Assembly: GCF_003918875.1 (NCBI RefSeq)
Contig: NW_025767078.1
Coordinates: forward strand, 682,001 to 746,000
Length of the DNA stretch: 64,000 bases
Direction: 5' to 3'
Source of the DNA: Haliotis rubra
Taxonomy: Eukaryota
In this document: piece after piece, positions 1 through 11,900 of the stretch
Layout of the letters: each line of letters begins with the position of its first letter
Numbering within the stretch: position 1 is the stretch's first letter
The notes under the pieces: generated by a model
What the model saw: only the letters and a program-made list of their open reading frames with translations
Databases searched by the model: none
What the model was told of the DNA's origin: nothing
Program-made: the position numbers and the translations under genes

Positions 1-275
1 ATTTATCTCCTAAAATTCCACTGCATAGCAGGGTTAGAAATATTTCATTACTTTTAGTCGTCCTCAAAATGCTCAGCTCCAGGATTACCATCATTGTAAT
101 GGTGGCCCTCAGGGCAGTATCATGAGTCTTTTTCTGAAATGGACTTGGCTCAGGCTAGCGAACTTGTGTTAATTTCCAAGCATGTGATCTGTGTCATCAT
201 AATCTTAGATTTTACACTGGCATGATAAATATAGTTAACATCATTAACATCTTGGTTCTGGTGACTTATTTTCAG

Positions 276-305
276 GATGACAACAAAACAATTAGTTTGC
301 CAAAG
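276..305 (+). CDS. Probable septin N-terminal micro-exon (DDNKTISLPK)
   Basis: ttattttcag|GATGAC...CCAAAG|gtgaga; 30 nt, no stop, phase 0-0, in frame with the exon starting at 2835, which itself follows an acceptor (ttgcag). Confidence 0.55.
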
Positions 306-657
306 GTGAGACAAAATATTGTTTTATTTCTGATTACCATTTGTTAGAAGACCTGATTTTGGAACCAGGACAAATATATAACTATGTCAAAAGGACATAT
401 TCGAGAAGAGGGCCTGATTTTAGGAACTTGAGTCAAACTTTCATCCAGTGCATGTTGATAAAACAAAACCAGGCCACCCCACGTGCCATCAATTTATCAA
501 AGTTGTGCACTGATGCATGAACTAGTTCAATAGGTAAAATTTCAGATCAGACTCTGTTGTTTCTAAAGAAATTAATGATGTTTTTCTGTAAAACATTATT
601 GGAACAATACTGACATAATTTTGAATTACCCACAATTTGATGATGTTAGACCCAAGA

Positions 658-1172
658 CATCCTCAATAATCTCCAGGGTATACGTTACGATAGATCCCCA
701 CTAGTACCCTGGATGCATCTACAGCGCGGCCTGATAAGTTTATTACCTCCCTTTGCTGGCTCCGCATTCTCACAGTAGCCAATCAGCTAAGCCACCGTTA
801 CAACCGAGCTTGCTAGTGTCAACAAATATAGCAGCCGCAAAGATTTGTTCACATTGTGACTCAGATGTTTGGGGGAGGGGTGGGGAAATCATACAGTCAA
901 ATTGACAGGTCTGAAACCTTAAAAAATATATGCAAGAACTCTTTCTACCTCTTTCAGAGTACCTCTGCAACAATTATGTTGCCAAGTTTAATTGGTTAGA
1001 TGAAAGAAGTGAAAGTGAGTTGTGATTGGTACGCTCAACTTCCCAGCGTAGACACCTGATTGGATAAAAAGTCAGCCAAGGGAGGTAATAAAATCTTGGG
1101 GCTGAGCCGTAGATGCATCCAGGATATAGTGGAGATTTATAGTAACATATACCCTGGAGATTATCAAGGATG
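658..1172. mobile_element. MITE with ~60-bp TIRs and 9-bp TSD (Mutator-like), copy 1
   Basis: TIR catcctcaataatctccagggtata...; TSD gacccaaga at 649-657 and 1173-1181. Confidence 0.85.
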
Positions 1173-2834
1173 GACCCAAGAAAGCTTGACAAAGTACACA
1201 AAACACCAGGATTAGAGATGTAGTGTGGTATCCAGAGATATGAAGCACAGTGTGTGTTCAGAGAGCAGTGGTGTGTGGAAATGTCAGGATAAGCCAGATA
1301 TAAATTTGAATTTTCTTTTTCACACTTGTGCATGTAGATATCAGGTTGCACTTTATTTGTTAGGTTGCCTTGGGGCACACTTCATATTGTTAAATCAAGC
1401 TTTGTGGAATGATGAGATTATGATTTAAAGGGAGGATCCTTTCCATGGGTAGAAATCATGCTAATATGAATAATTATAGCTTGTTTAAAAAAGACGAGAA
1501 GCTTTCAAACCTGCAGGCTTTTGATTAACGGTACATGAAAAGTTTGTGGTCAACAGTGGTGAAGTGATACCAAGATTATCCATGGAGTTACAGAAAATAA
1601 TATCAGAAATATACATCAATGGTATTGTAGTTGCCAATTTACCTCCCTAAGGTTGACAAGGACATGGATTTAATTTTGATTTCAAATACTTAACAGTAGG
1701 TCTTGGTTGACAAAGATTGACATTTCGCCAGATTTAATCTCCAGGTTGATTTCAAATACTTTACTTAACTGGAGTCTGGCTATCAACTAGGGAAACAAAC
1801 ATGTACACAGTAATTCAGATATGTCATTGTCAAGATTTGACTAAAACAACAAAACCAGGTTTGCAATCGATTGCTTGGTCGCTTGGAAAGCTCACATTAT
1901 TCAGTCTTGTAGTAATTTTAGCTGGTTTGCAAGGGTAGCCACGGTCGTACATTTAACACTCACACAATGTTCTTAGACTACCTTATGTCTATCACTGCAG
2001 CCTGTGCTAAAAACATTCAAGTCTACATTCCCATATTTTTAGTAGAGGTAGAGTGACATCATTTCCACTGTTATCAGCTGAGCTTTGTAGGCCAAACAGA
2101 AGTTTACTTGACTTCTGACTAGTGGCTAGAATTACAAACTGTCACTATATGATGTCCATATTTGTGATGGGTATTGACCTGATTTATGATTTGAAATTTA
2201 TTGCAGTAATAATTTGCATATTGAGATACATACCACTATATATTGCATGCATTCTTTCATCTGTAATTTACTATGGATCAGCATCAAAATGGATCCATAC
2301 ATTGCACGTTTCCTCCGCAGACTTCGTAGTCTGAGATTTTGTTGGAGGTTGCTATTGTCACGAAGTATGTGTATGTGTATTTAGACACATACATCATGTA
2401 CAGAGAAAGTTGGTGGCAAATAATTTCACTTTATTGATCAGAGGAATCTATTTCAAATGTCTGAATTTCATTATTTCAATTCAGATTGTCACTTTAATAT
2501 GGACACTTTTACTACAAGGTAAAAATGTGCATGATTCTCACAAACAGTATATATTTTGGAATATATACTAGTGCTGTGTCTGAATACGAATCGTATTGCT
2601 TTCATAATATGTTTATGTTTCTTATTGTACCCATATGATTGGGATGCATATTGTATTGCCTCGATATCATCAAATCACAGCCTCATTTATCGTTACATCT
2701 TTAGAACTAAGATTTGATTTTGATTAGATTGTTCTCATCGTGGTATACCACTGCACCGCTTTTCGGTGTGGAAGTTGTGTAGTTCTACTCCCCCGACTGA
2801 TAGTTTCAACTTGTGTCATTCTCTGTGTTTGCAG

Positions 2835-2964
2835 ATGCCAACCGTACAGACTCAGAACTTGAGGAATCTCAACTTGACAGGTCATGTTGGGTTCGACAGC
2901 CTGCCAGATCAGCTGGTCAACAAGTCGGTGTCTCAAGGCTTCTGTTTCAACATTCTCTGTGTTG
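2835..2964 (+). CDS. Septin exon (MPTVQ...FCFNILCV)
   Basis: gtttgcag| acceptor, G|gtaaga donor; conserved [16 protein letters not shown]. Confidence 0.95.
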
Positions 2965-5900
2965 GTAAGATCATACAGTTTTCTTAAAGCGCCTCAATTT
3001 ACAGCCTATTAAAGCTACCTCTAGAAGTAAAAGCGTGGCACCAAAAAGATATTACAAAGCCATTGCAAAACTCTATGACGTAATTTGTGAAATCTTTTGA
3101 GATACACCAGCAAAACAATGCCATGTGACGTCATCCTGGCAGCAGGGTTGGTGCTGTCATCGAGCATAACCTCCTTTCAATGATCTGTTATCTCTACAAA
3201 CCTGTGAAGGTCCGGGTTAGAATATTGGCCTTCAGTTACCCATGCTTGTCGTCAGAGGCGACTAACGTGATCGGGTGGTCAGGCTTGCTGACTTGGTTGA
3301 CACATGTCATCGGTTCTCAATTGTGCAGATCGATGCTCATCCTGTTGATCACTGGATTGTCTGGTCCAGACTCAATTATTTACAGACCGCCGTCATATAA
3401 CTGGAATATTGCTGAGTGGCAGCGTAAAACTAAACTCACTCACTATTATCTCTACAGACATAGGTCTTGCAGTATATAAGAATGCACTTTGGTATGTATT
3501 ACAGCTGTGATGTTAAACTAGTGACCTTACTGGAGGAGGAAAGATAAATCATGTTTACTGCATTGTTTCTCACAGCTCCAAATAAGGCAAGTCCTCTATT
3601 TGTGGAAGCCATGGTGGCTGAGCGGGTTAGGCTGTCTTTGTGTGCTGGTGATTATGTGCCTGACTCTAAGGGTGGGGGTTCGAATCCCGGATGGTACTCA
3701 ACCCAACAAAAGTACTATAATCTGTACTTTACTAAGAAAGTGTAATCCCAAATATAACATATGTTACATTTGACCACTTTCTAAATGGCACTGTGTATTC
3801 ATATCCTCTGTCTCAGTGCAGACAACTAGTACAGTGAACAATTCTCTCATGCAGCTGATCCCCACATGGGTACAATATGTGAAGTCCATTTCTGGTGTCC
3901 CCTGCCATGATATTGCTGGAATATTGCTAAAAGCAGCATAAAACTAAACTCACTCACTCACCCACTCATACAGCTGATTGTTTTCCAAAATGATCTAACG
4001 ATGGGTTACTGTTTTGCATTGAATAATCAAAAATGGTAAAAGTCCAATAAAGTGTTGTGATGCTATTTGTCCCTAACAAAATCACTTATTTCCTTTCTAG
4101 GTGAAACGGGAATTGGCAAATCAACGATGATGGATACGTTGTTCAACACCAGCTTTGATTCCACTCCCAGTTCTCATGATCTGCCAGGAGTAAAACTCAA
4201 GGCTCATACATACGGTAATGTTGTGCAGATCGATGATCATGCTGTTGATCACTGGATTGTCTGGTCCAGACTTGATTATTTACAGCCCGCTGCCATATAG
4301 CTGGAATATTGCTGAGTGCGGTGCAAAACTAAGCTCACTCACTCACTCACATACGGTGATGTTGGAACAGTAACAACAGTGCTTCAGAAGGCAGTATCAT
4401 TTGAACTTTAGTATTACATGCTTTTGAAAGACTGCAGTTGTTAGACAATTGTTTTGTCAGCAAAAGACAAAAACGATTTCCTATTAATATTTGGAAAATT
4501 TATTTTAAGATCACAAATTATAGCTGGTCATAATTATGGATGAATAAATGAGGGAATATTTCATTTTTAACAAATTATGATGTATTAATTATTAATCTGT
4601 TTGATGTATTTGCAATCTGTTATCTGAAGACTTTCTATAATTTAGTATCACATTATTAAAAATTGAAGTTAAGATGAACGTTTTATAAAATTTTATCTGT
4701 ATACAATATTGATGCAAGAGTATCTATTCCTTTAATTTCCTTATTGAATATTTCCATAAAACTGCAACACATATCCAGGTTTCACTCGATTTGTAAAGTG
4801 CTCAGGATAAACCATGGCCTTTCAAAAGTGCTTGATTCTGCCATTTTAACAGTGCTGGAAATTTGTAGACAGTTCTTGAACAGTGCTGGAATGTAAATAA
4901 AATTGGTAATATATCAACAATCGAGTTTAAATGTGTTGTTTACTTCCTGTTGCTTACAACATGAATAGAGAGACTTTGGTCGAATTTGGTTTATTTCCTT
5001 AATTCCTTTGCACATTGTGTTACTTATATACTCCCCTACTTTATTTGTCATGAGCAACTATATTTTAGTGTGAAAATCTCAAAAAGTGTAGATCTATGCA
5101 GTATCTGGTATTGTGCAGTAACACAAGCTGTACAGTGATGCTTCACTAGATCTTCATTATGTATAACAGTGGTCCTTGAAAGTAAATGTAAAATATGCTT
5201 GAATTGAAAGATCTGCGTTAACCATGATATACCATTCACACTTGATAACACATAACTGGATTTGGCTGGCTGTAAGATGTGTGATGGACGCTTAATTATC
5301 TTATTTAGAATAAAAGCAAGATCTTTCTGGGGGGCAGTGGGGTAGTCCATTTGTAAAAGTGTTCGCTCGTCACGACTGAGACCCAGGTTCATTCCCTACA
5401 TGGGTACAATATGTGAAGCCCATTTCTGGTGTCCCTGCCGTGATATTGCTGGAATATTGCTAAAAGCAGTGTCTCACTCACTCACTCACTAACCCACACA
5501 TTGACTCACTCATTCACTTTTACATAAACATGAACAGATATAGATTGCTATTTAAGTGTTAAATTGTACATTCAATGTCTCATGTGTTGATACTTGCAGA
5601 TCTACAGGAAAGCGGTGTTCGACTCAAGTTGACCGTTGTCGACTCGGTTGGATATGGCGACCAGATAAACAAGGAGGAAAGGTACGCGTGGTTCATCATG
5701 TTTTCTCATCCCATGTTTCAATATTTCAGAGCTACAGGAGAAGAATGTGTGTTTAAAACTGACACTGGTAGACTCGGTGGGCTTCGGGGACCAAATAAAC
5801 AAAGAGGATAGGTGAGATCACGTAGACGGGTGTTGCTTCTAGCTTCTGACCACTAGTGCTTCTTCATACTGTACTCTCATCTCTTGTGACCGTACCTTCA

Positions 5901-8900
5901 GTACACTGTGTGGCCTTGGACATGTGGAGGTGGTTTGATTCTTGTTTTAATTTTTCACATATTTATGAATGGTTTAGGTGTGTTTGATGTTGTGAATATT
6001 ATCCTCTCTGTGGTGGAACTACTGTTTTTGTGTGTTGTTTGTTTTGTTGTGTTTGTAGTTCGAAGGGTGGATGTATTTTATCTACCAGTATCGTCTGTGG
6101 TAAGTGATGTATTAGAATGAAGGGGTTGATTTTGTGAACACTGTTTTCATCAGCAATACATTTTGTCATTTTCTGACATCGTCAACACTTTAAGGCTTGC
6201 ATACAATACACCCATCCTCGATAATCTCCAGGGTATACATTCCGATAAATGTCCACTAATACCCTGGATGCAATTATCTGGCCTGATAATTGTATTACTT
6301 CCCTTTGTTCGCTCCGCCTTCTCACAGTAGCCAATCTGACAAGCCGTTACAACTGAGCTCGCCAGTGTCACCAAAGATGGCGGCCGCAGCCGCGAAGGTT
6401 TGATCACTGTGTAACTTGGATTTAGGAAAAAATCATACAGACAAATTGACAGGTCTGAAACCGTAAAAAAGAACATATGCAAGAACTCCTGCTACCTCTT
6501 GACATTACTGTTTACTGAAGAAGTGGAAGAGAGTTATGATAGAAGCCTTGTGATTGGTACGTTCAACTTCCCCGCGGAGACACCTGATTGGATAAGAAGC
6601 CTGCAAAGGGAGGTAAGAAATTGATCAGGCCGAGCAGCAGATGCATCCAGGGTACTAGTGGAGATTTATCGGAACGTATACCTTGGGGTAATTGAGCATG
6701 CAATACACCTCGCTCCACAATCTTCCATTTATATGTATATTGGTTGTAACAGTGAAGCATGGCTAGTTTTTGTAACCTATTGAGGTGAGGAAATGTGTAA
6801 CTTCTGGGATTCAACGAGGACCTACTCCATACAACGAGGATCTACTCCATAATAATGCCACCATTGCCCATGATTAAGCTATGAGACAGCCACAAGGCCA
6901 TGATGTGTGCTGTCAAATAACATTGCCTTTCCCGTGATGAAAGCTGATTGTTCATTGGTCACAGTGCTTCCAGGTTACCCTCTTTCTGGGATCAGGAACG
7001 GCTTGTTTCATTGGTTAAAAATAGCAACTACAATGAATAGCAGTTGTATGTATATTTAAGACATGATATACTGTAGATACGTTTCATAGGATATGTTTTT
7101 TAGTTTGGTCGAAATCTTGTTTCTCTTTCTTTCACCTTTAGTTATGATCAGTGTTAATATTGTGTTCATTGTAGGTAATATCATTTTGCCTTGAGGATCA
7201 GAGTCCCAGATAAGCTGCTTATCCGGGTTAAATATGCATAGAAAATTTCCAATTACGCATTGAACAAATAATTGTTGCGTACCAATTACGCATTTATAAT
7301 GTTAGATACGCAAAAAATTTAAAACAAATGTGTACGGAATATATTTATAAAAATCGTTTGCATAATGAAAAAGACATCGATTGCTATCAAGTTGTACTGT
7401 TAGTATAGGACAAGTGTTGTATTGTCAGTATAGGATGAGTGATTTTTTATGAAATCATTTCCATTATAGTAAAGTTGGTTTTGATTAGGTATGACATAAG
7501 GCAGAACATACCTGCTTAGTAAACTTACTCAATGACATATACTTCGGTGTGTAAAATGACTGAAATACGCACATATTTGAAAGTAGTGGGTAATGGAAAA
7601 TGAAATACCCACTCAACATTCATAATACCCACTCCAAACAAATACAGTGGGTACAGTACCCACATTAGCTAAATCTTATCTGGAGCTCTGGAGGATGGGG
7701 AACCTCTTGTTTAGACACTACTGTTCTCTGAGTTGTGTATCTTAGACATGCCAGAATTCAGTGGTAGTGGGTTCAGATCCCAGTTGTGCTGTGGTTTGTC
7801 AGCACCAAACATGTGCTCATCAATGTAGTAAAGTGGTAAACATCTAGGATCTGCATCCCCTCAGGCTTTCCTCCCACGACAGATGACACACCATGAAATG
7901 CGGTTCAGAGCCAGCCTAACCTACTCATGTTGCCTTGGACCTCCATTAGCTGGCTTGCCATGCTTTTCCCCTTAATGCCAACAGTATAATGTAATCATGT
8001 GGTCAGTTTTTAAGATATTTTCAGATTTCATTGGATATGAACAACATTGATTGACCAAATTCACTGCAGATATGTTTTTCAGTCATGTTATTAGTGCACA
8101 GAAAATATCAGCTTTGGAGTTTCTTTTTATAAATTGTCTTCCACTGTTGAATATTTGAATTATCCATTCTTATTCTTCTGTTTGGATCAGTAGCATATCT
8201 GATATTGAATAATACTTACTGTTTTTTCATACATATATCTTTAGCATGATAACATGAATATATCACACTGCACAGATCTGGTGTGTATTGCACCTTCATT
8301 ACCCATGTATACCAGGTTCTCCGCACCAGTCAGTGATCACTTGACAAGGGACACGTTTAAGTACAAAACTGCTCATCGTTGCGTGTCCTAGATATGTATG
8401 TCTGTCAAGACATCCAAGTGTCATTGTAACACCTTGTTAATTTACATAGTCCACATTTCCTGGTAGGGGTGGTGGGGTAGCCCAGTGGTTAACGCATTTG
8501 CTTGTCAAGCAGGGGTGGAAATAACTATAAAATTGCTAGTGTACTCTGGTACAGTGGCGATAAAATCACTTGCCTTGATAAGCCCTATAATTTTCTTGTT
8601 GATTTTTTAAATAAACCATAATTAACATTGGAAAGTCAACTGGACACGGTACAGTGTGATAACAAATTTGCTTGCCCAACAGAAAAAACACTGGACTCGG
8701 TGTCCAACGCATATTTCCTCATGTCACCCATTTGTGGTGGCCCCGCCAACTACTGTAAAACCCAAAGTTTGGGACTCCTCATTTCCCAGTTACTGACAAA
8801 GTGTGTCCTGTGTCAGGTGATCAGCAACAGATAGGATCGTGGGAGGTTTCATGGTCTGGAATATGGACTTCTGTTTAGATGTACAGTTGTATGTCAGACA

Positions 8901-11900
8901 TGTGTACAGTACAGTTCCTGTGTGTATTTAACACTAGATGTTGGTGGACGGAAGTAGTGACAATAATTTGTAGCTGTTTAACATTTCTATCATTTCAAAA
9001 TTCTTATTATTCTTTTCATATTATCATTTCTTAGATGTTATTATTATTTAGAAGTTATTTAAATCATTTTAGCTGATCCTAGTAATTTTAGTTAGTTTTT
9101 ATCAAATATTATGTCAGATTGCGGTGATTTTGCATTTCTTACCAAAGGTTACTTTGTTCTTTGTAAACCTGATGGAGACCCTGATCAGGAAAGGCCTCCA
9201 TCACTCTAATGAAAGACATGAGTTGACTTAATTGTGGTCAGATTCTGAGACTTGGTTGAATGTCATAATTGGCTGAGTGATTCATGAAAGTCTGTCACAG
9301 ACTGTCCGAGATTGTATTTCTTGTCAGAACAACATATCAAATAAATCTTGCATACATGTTACAATTATCATTCTAACGCATATTCCTTTCCAGGAGACTT
9401 GCAGCAGATATTATCTTCATTATTCAAACTGATATGTCTAATGTGACTGTTTTATCATCATTTCCTTTTGCTCCACAAAACAGAAGTTTCAAGTTATGTA
9501 GTGAAGTGGGTGTGCAGCATTTGCAGGATGTTTGCACCCCTCATATGAAATAGTGAACCATTACCAGTACCCTCTATCACAATATCAGTGTTGGTGCAAA
9601 TCATGTGCGATCGTCTTCTGCAATTCTGACCCATGAAGATCTGGGTTATGATTGGTCTTCAGCAACCCATGCTTGTTGTAAAAGGTGACTAACTGGATAG
9701 GGTGATGGGCTTGCTGACATGGTTGACACATGTCACCGTATCCTAATTGCATAGATCGATGCTCAAACTGTTGATCACTGGATTGTCTGGTCCAGACTCA
9801 ATTATTTACAGACCGCTGCCATATAGCTGGAATATTGCTCAGTGCCGCGTAAAAATAAACTCACTCACTCACTCTGCAATTCTGCAACTGTACCCCTGCT
9901 TCCTGTCTCAACACAGTTTATCCTTACAAGCCTAATTGATAGGCATGGTTAAGATATCTTTCAGGAATAAATCCCTCAAGCGAATGGTAAGATGCAGTCA
10001 TTGTGAGGGTCATGTTGCACCAGTGCAAACACATGTGGTCCTGGTTGATACTGACGGGAACATATTCCATAAAGGGAGATAATTGTTGTTTCCAGCTGGA
10101 AGTCCATCGTAGACTACATCGATACCAAATTTGATGCATACCTCCAGGAGGAACTGAAGATCAAACGCATGCTCCACAGTTACCATGACAACCGCATTCA
10201 TGCTTGTCTCTACTTCATTGCTCCAACAGGACACTCGTGAGTATCCCTATGTTTGTCAACTCTCTCAATACCATCGATACACAGGACAGGTATCCCTGGA
10301 AAACTAAGAGTCTCAATACACAGGCAATATTGTGGGAGCAGTATTTTCCTAGTGGGCAGCAGTATTCTGGAAGTAGGTTTCTAAGATTATTTTAGTAGCA
10401 GTTTTCATAAGAAGCAGTATTCTGGGAGCAGCTTTCCTAGTCTGCAGTAATCTGGGAGCAGCTTTCCTAGTCTGCAGTAATCTGGGAGCAGCTTTCCTAG
10501 TCTGCAGTATTCTGGGAGCAGCTTTCCCAGTGGGCAGTATTCTGGGGCAGCAGTGGCTTTCCCTAGGGGCAGTATTCTGGGGAGCAGCAGTATTCCAGGG
10601 CTTTCCCAGTGGGCAGTATTCTGGGAGCAGTTTGCTGGGAGCAGCTTTCCCATGTGGGTGGGCAGTATTCTGGGAGCAGCTTTCCTAGTGGGCAGTATTC
10701 TGGGAGCAGCTTTCCTAGTGGGCAGTATTCTGGGAGCAGCTTTCCTAGTGGGCAGTATTCTAAGAGCAGCTTCCCTAGTTGGCAGCATTCTTTTCCTAGT
10801 GGGCAGTATTCTAGAGGGGGCGGTATTCTGGGGAGCTTTCCTAGTCTGCAGTATTCTGGGAGCAGCTTTCTAGTCTGTGGGCAGTATTCTGGGAGCAGCT
10901 TTCCCAGGGGGCAGTATTCTGGGAGCAGCTTTCCCAGTGGGCAGTATTCTGGGAGCAGCTTTGGGCAGTATTCTGGGAGCAGCTTGCTAGGGCAGTATTC
11001 TGGGAGCAGCTTCCCAGGGCAGTATTCTGGGGAGCAGCTTTCCCAGTGGGCAGTATTCTGGGAGCAGCTTTCCTAGTGGGCAGTATTCTGGGAGCAGCTT
11101 TCCTAGTCTGCAGTATTCTGGGAGCAGCTTTCCTAGTGGGCAGTATTCTGGGAGCAGCTTTCCCAGTGGGCAGTATTCTGGGAGCAGCTTTCCTTGTGGG
11201 CAGTATTCTGGGAGCAGCTTTCCCAGGGGCAGTATTCTGGGAGCAGCTTTCCTTGTGGGCAGTATTCTGGGAGCAGCTTTCCTTGTGGGCAGTTTTCTAA
11301 GAGCAGTTTCCTAGTGGGCAGTATTCTGAGGCAATTTTCCTAGTGATCAGTGTTCTGGAAGTTTTCTTTGTGAAGATTATTCTAGGAGGAGGGGCGGTAG
11401 GGTAGCCTAGTGGTTAAAGCGTTCGCTCGTCACACTGAAGACCTGGGCTAGATTCCCCACATGGGTACAATGTGTGAAGCCCATTTCTGGTGTACCCACC
11501 ATGATATTGCTGGAATGTTGCTAAAAGTGGCATAAAACTAAACTCACTCACTCACCCAGTGCTGTCTGTATTCATGACATTATTTTGACACACTTGGTTT
11601 CCCTTCAGGCTTAAAGCGCTAGATCTGGTCACAATGAAGAAGCTAGATAGCAAGGTCAACATCGTACCTGTTATCGCCAAAGCTGATACCATTACCAAGA
11701 CCGAGCTCCACAAGTTCAAGGCAAAGGTAAGATTAAGAAAACGTATTGTCAGATGTTAACTGAGTGAAGTTAGTTTTTAAATGACCCACATTCTTGGTAA
11801 TTGGCCCCAAAATAGGGATTTCTTAGAGTATCTGATTTTTAATTAATTTCATGGTATTTCAGCATGTATTCATTGCATTGATGTAAATCTATGGTACATT

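Noticed and set aside
3180-3479. Recurrent short ORFs containing [17 protein letters not shown] (also 9747, 25309, 26243, 28391, 58252)
   Set aside because: Translations of family B repeats, not a gene family
10405-11300. Repetitive ORFs ([10 protein letters not shown] / [10 protein letters not shown] / [10 protein letters not shown])
   Set aside because: By-product of a 30-bp minisatellite open in several frames; the septin exons on either side join in frame without it
10320-11390. CRISPR-like or other repeat-spacer array (also considered for 44560-45960)
   Set aside because: Head-to-tail units with no unique spacers, eukaryotic intron context, no cas genes
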